Shown: piece after piece, positions 62,764-64,000 of the stretch
How positions within the stretch are numbered: position 1 is the first letter of the stretch
Layout of the letters: each line of letters starts with the position of its first letter
NCBI GenBank assembly: GCA_951406725.2
Contig: OX597822.1
Span: forward strand, 59,644,001 to 59,708,000
DNA length: 64,000 bases
Source: Octopus vulgaris
Lineage: Eukaryota
Reading direction: 5' to 3'
Translations under genes and position numbers: made by a program
The notes under the pieces: generated by a model
What the model was told of the DNA's origin: nothing
Database searches by the model: none
Seen by the model: only the letters and a program-made list of their open reading frames with translations

Positions 62764-64000
62764 TGTGAAGCTTCATGTTTTCGTGGTGGATCTTTTAGAA
62801 TTTTTATAATAGCTCTTTATCGAATTACTGTGTTTCTGTCCGTCTTATTGATAAGAGTATTGTTTGTTTCTTTCCTGCAGCTCTTGCACAACAGCAAGGA
62901 GCCATTTCTCCTTCATAGATTTGTGTTGGTAACATCACATTACTGCTTTTCTCTGCATTATAAATATTGGTTGGTTGGCATCCTTTTTGTTTCGGGAGAC
63001 AATGGAGTTGCGCATAAAGTAGTCTAGTCCGGCTTTTACATTTCATGTCCTGATACATTTCCTGCTGTGGCTGTGTAGTCCTATCCTGGACAAACACTCC
63101 ATATTATAAATAGTATGCTCCATTTTTAGTGTTGCTGCTTATTTGTGAGCTGGTTGTACATGTTCTACTGCTGTTGTTGTCAGGACAAAGTGTGTTTTTA
63201 TATGAGTTGGCTACAATGATGATGACCACCAATGGCTGTATCTTTCTCTTGGCTATATAATACATTTCTAAATTTAAATACGTGCGCCCTTACTGTGGTC
63301 TTTATGCTGGCATCAACAGCATATACCATCATCCTTATTATTTGATTGTAATCCCTTAGAAATTGGATGTGTTAAGTACAACCTTTTTAGTGCTAGATGG
63401 AAATTTGTTTTTCACAGCTGAGTTAATGGTTGATGGATCTTATAGAAAAGTAATATAGTAAACATTCATTAGAATATATGTGACCAAATAAGCTTCAATG
63501 TGGATCACCCCAGGTGGTGTGCGGTAAGTTAGAAACCTGGAATCACGTGGTTTCGAGCAAAACTCTAAATCGCAAAACCATGGCAGCAACTTATGTATAC
63601 ATAGTTGAAAATATTTATTTCGAACGTTTAAATACATTTTTTATGATGGGGAAACATTAAAATCCATCAGCTACCTTAATTAGAAGAATCCATAAACGGT
63701 TGATCAACCATATTGATCTTTAGGAAACAATCTACTATATTGACTGGTATTTGTAATATCGACCGCAGAGGGACAGCGAAATTGAACCTAGCGGGATTTG
63801 AACTCAGAACGTAAAGGACCATGACGAAATACCGTAAGGTTTTTTGTTTTCAGCGAATAAAAAAACTCAAAGAAGTAGCCTCTTGGTGGTTACTCGATAT
63901 CACTGAATTTAGTAACGTAACCAAATATACCTTAAACCTTCCTGAAATTACATCCTAGTGTATTAGAAACGAGCATGCTGGATAATGTGGTCCTTATTTC

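Noticed and set aside
62760-63450. Non-repetitive stretch with short ORFs (possible exon or TE relic)
   Set aside because: No recognisable motif, and stops in all frames.

Overview
Repeat-saturated, AT-rich eukaryotic (animal) DNA. The SINE, LINE and microsatellite repertoire points to an octopod cephalopod; this is inference, not a database match. I found no host protein-coding exon I can support, and most ORFs in the track are microsatellite artefacts. Recognisable content: (1) a near full-length Penelope-like element (RT + GIY-YIG) with ~1-kb tandem pseudo-LTRs at 57-5244; (2) an apparently intact two-ORF CR1/L2-group LINE at ~23660-28299, whose ORF1 has an unusual Myb/SANT-like domain plus two CCCH zinc fingers; (3) truncated R4/Dong-type LINEs in (TAA)n tracts, Tx1/L1-like fragments, Tc1/mariner relics and a TIR MITE carrying telomeric repeats; (4) many tRNA-like SINEs of at least three families. 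The most striking unannotated signal is a dense population of short elements, mostly beside (TA)n tracts. They carry type-I hammerhead-ribozyme-like motifs (15 or more copies counting degenerate ones, from several unrelated sequence families, some with recurrent non-canonical cores) and/or fold-back inverted repeats. The same motif occurs in the 3' UTR of the autonomous Penelope element. All alignments were done by eye, so repeat coordinates are approximate.
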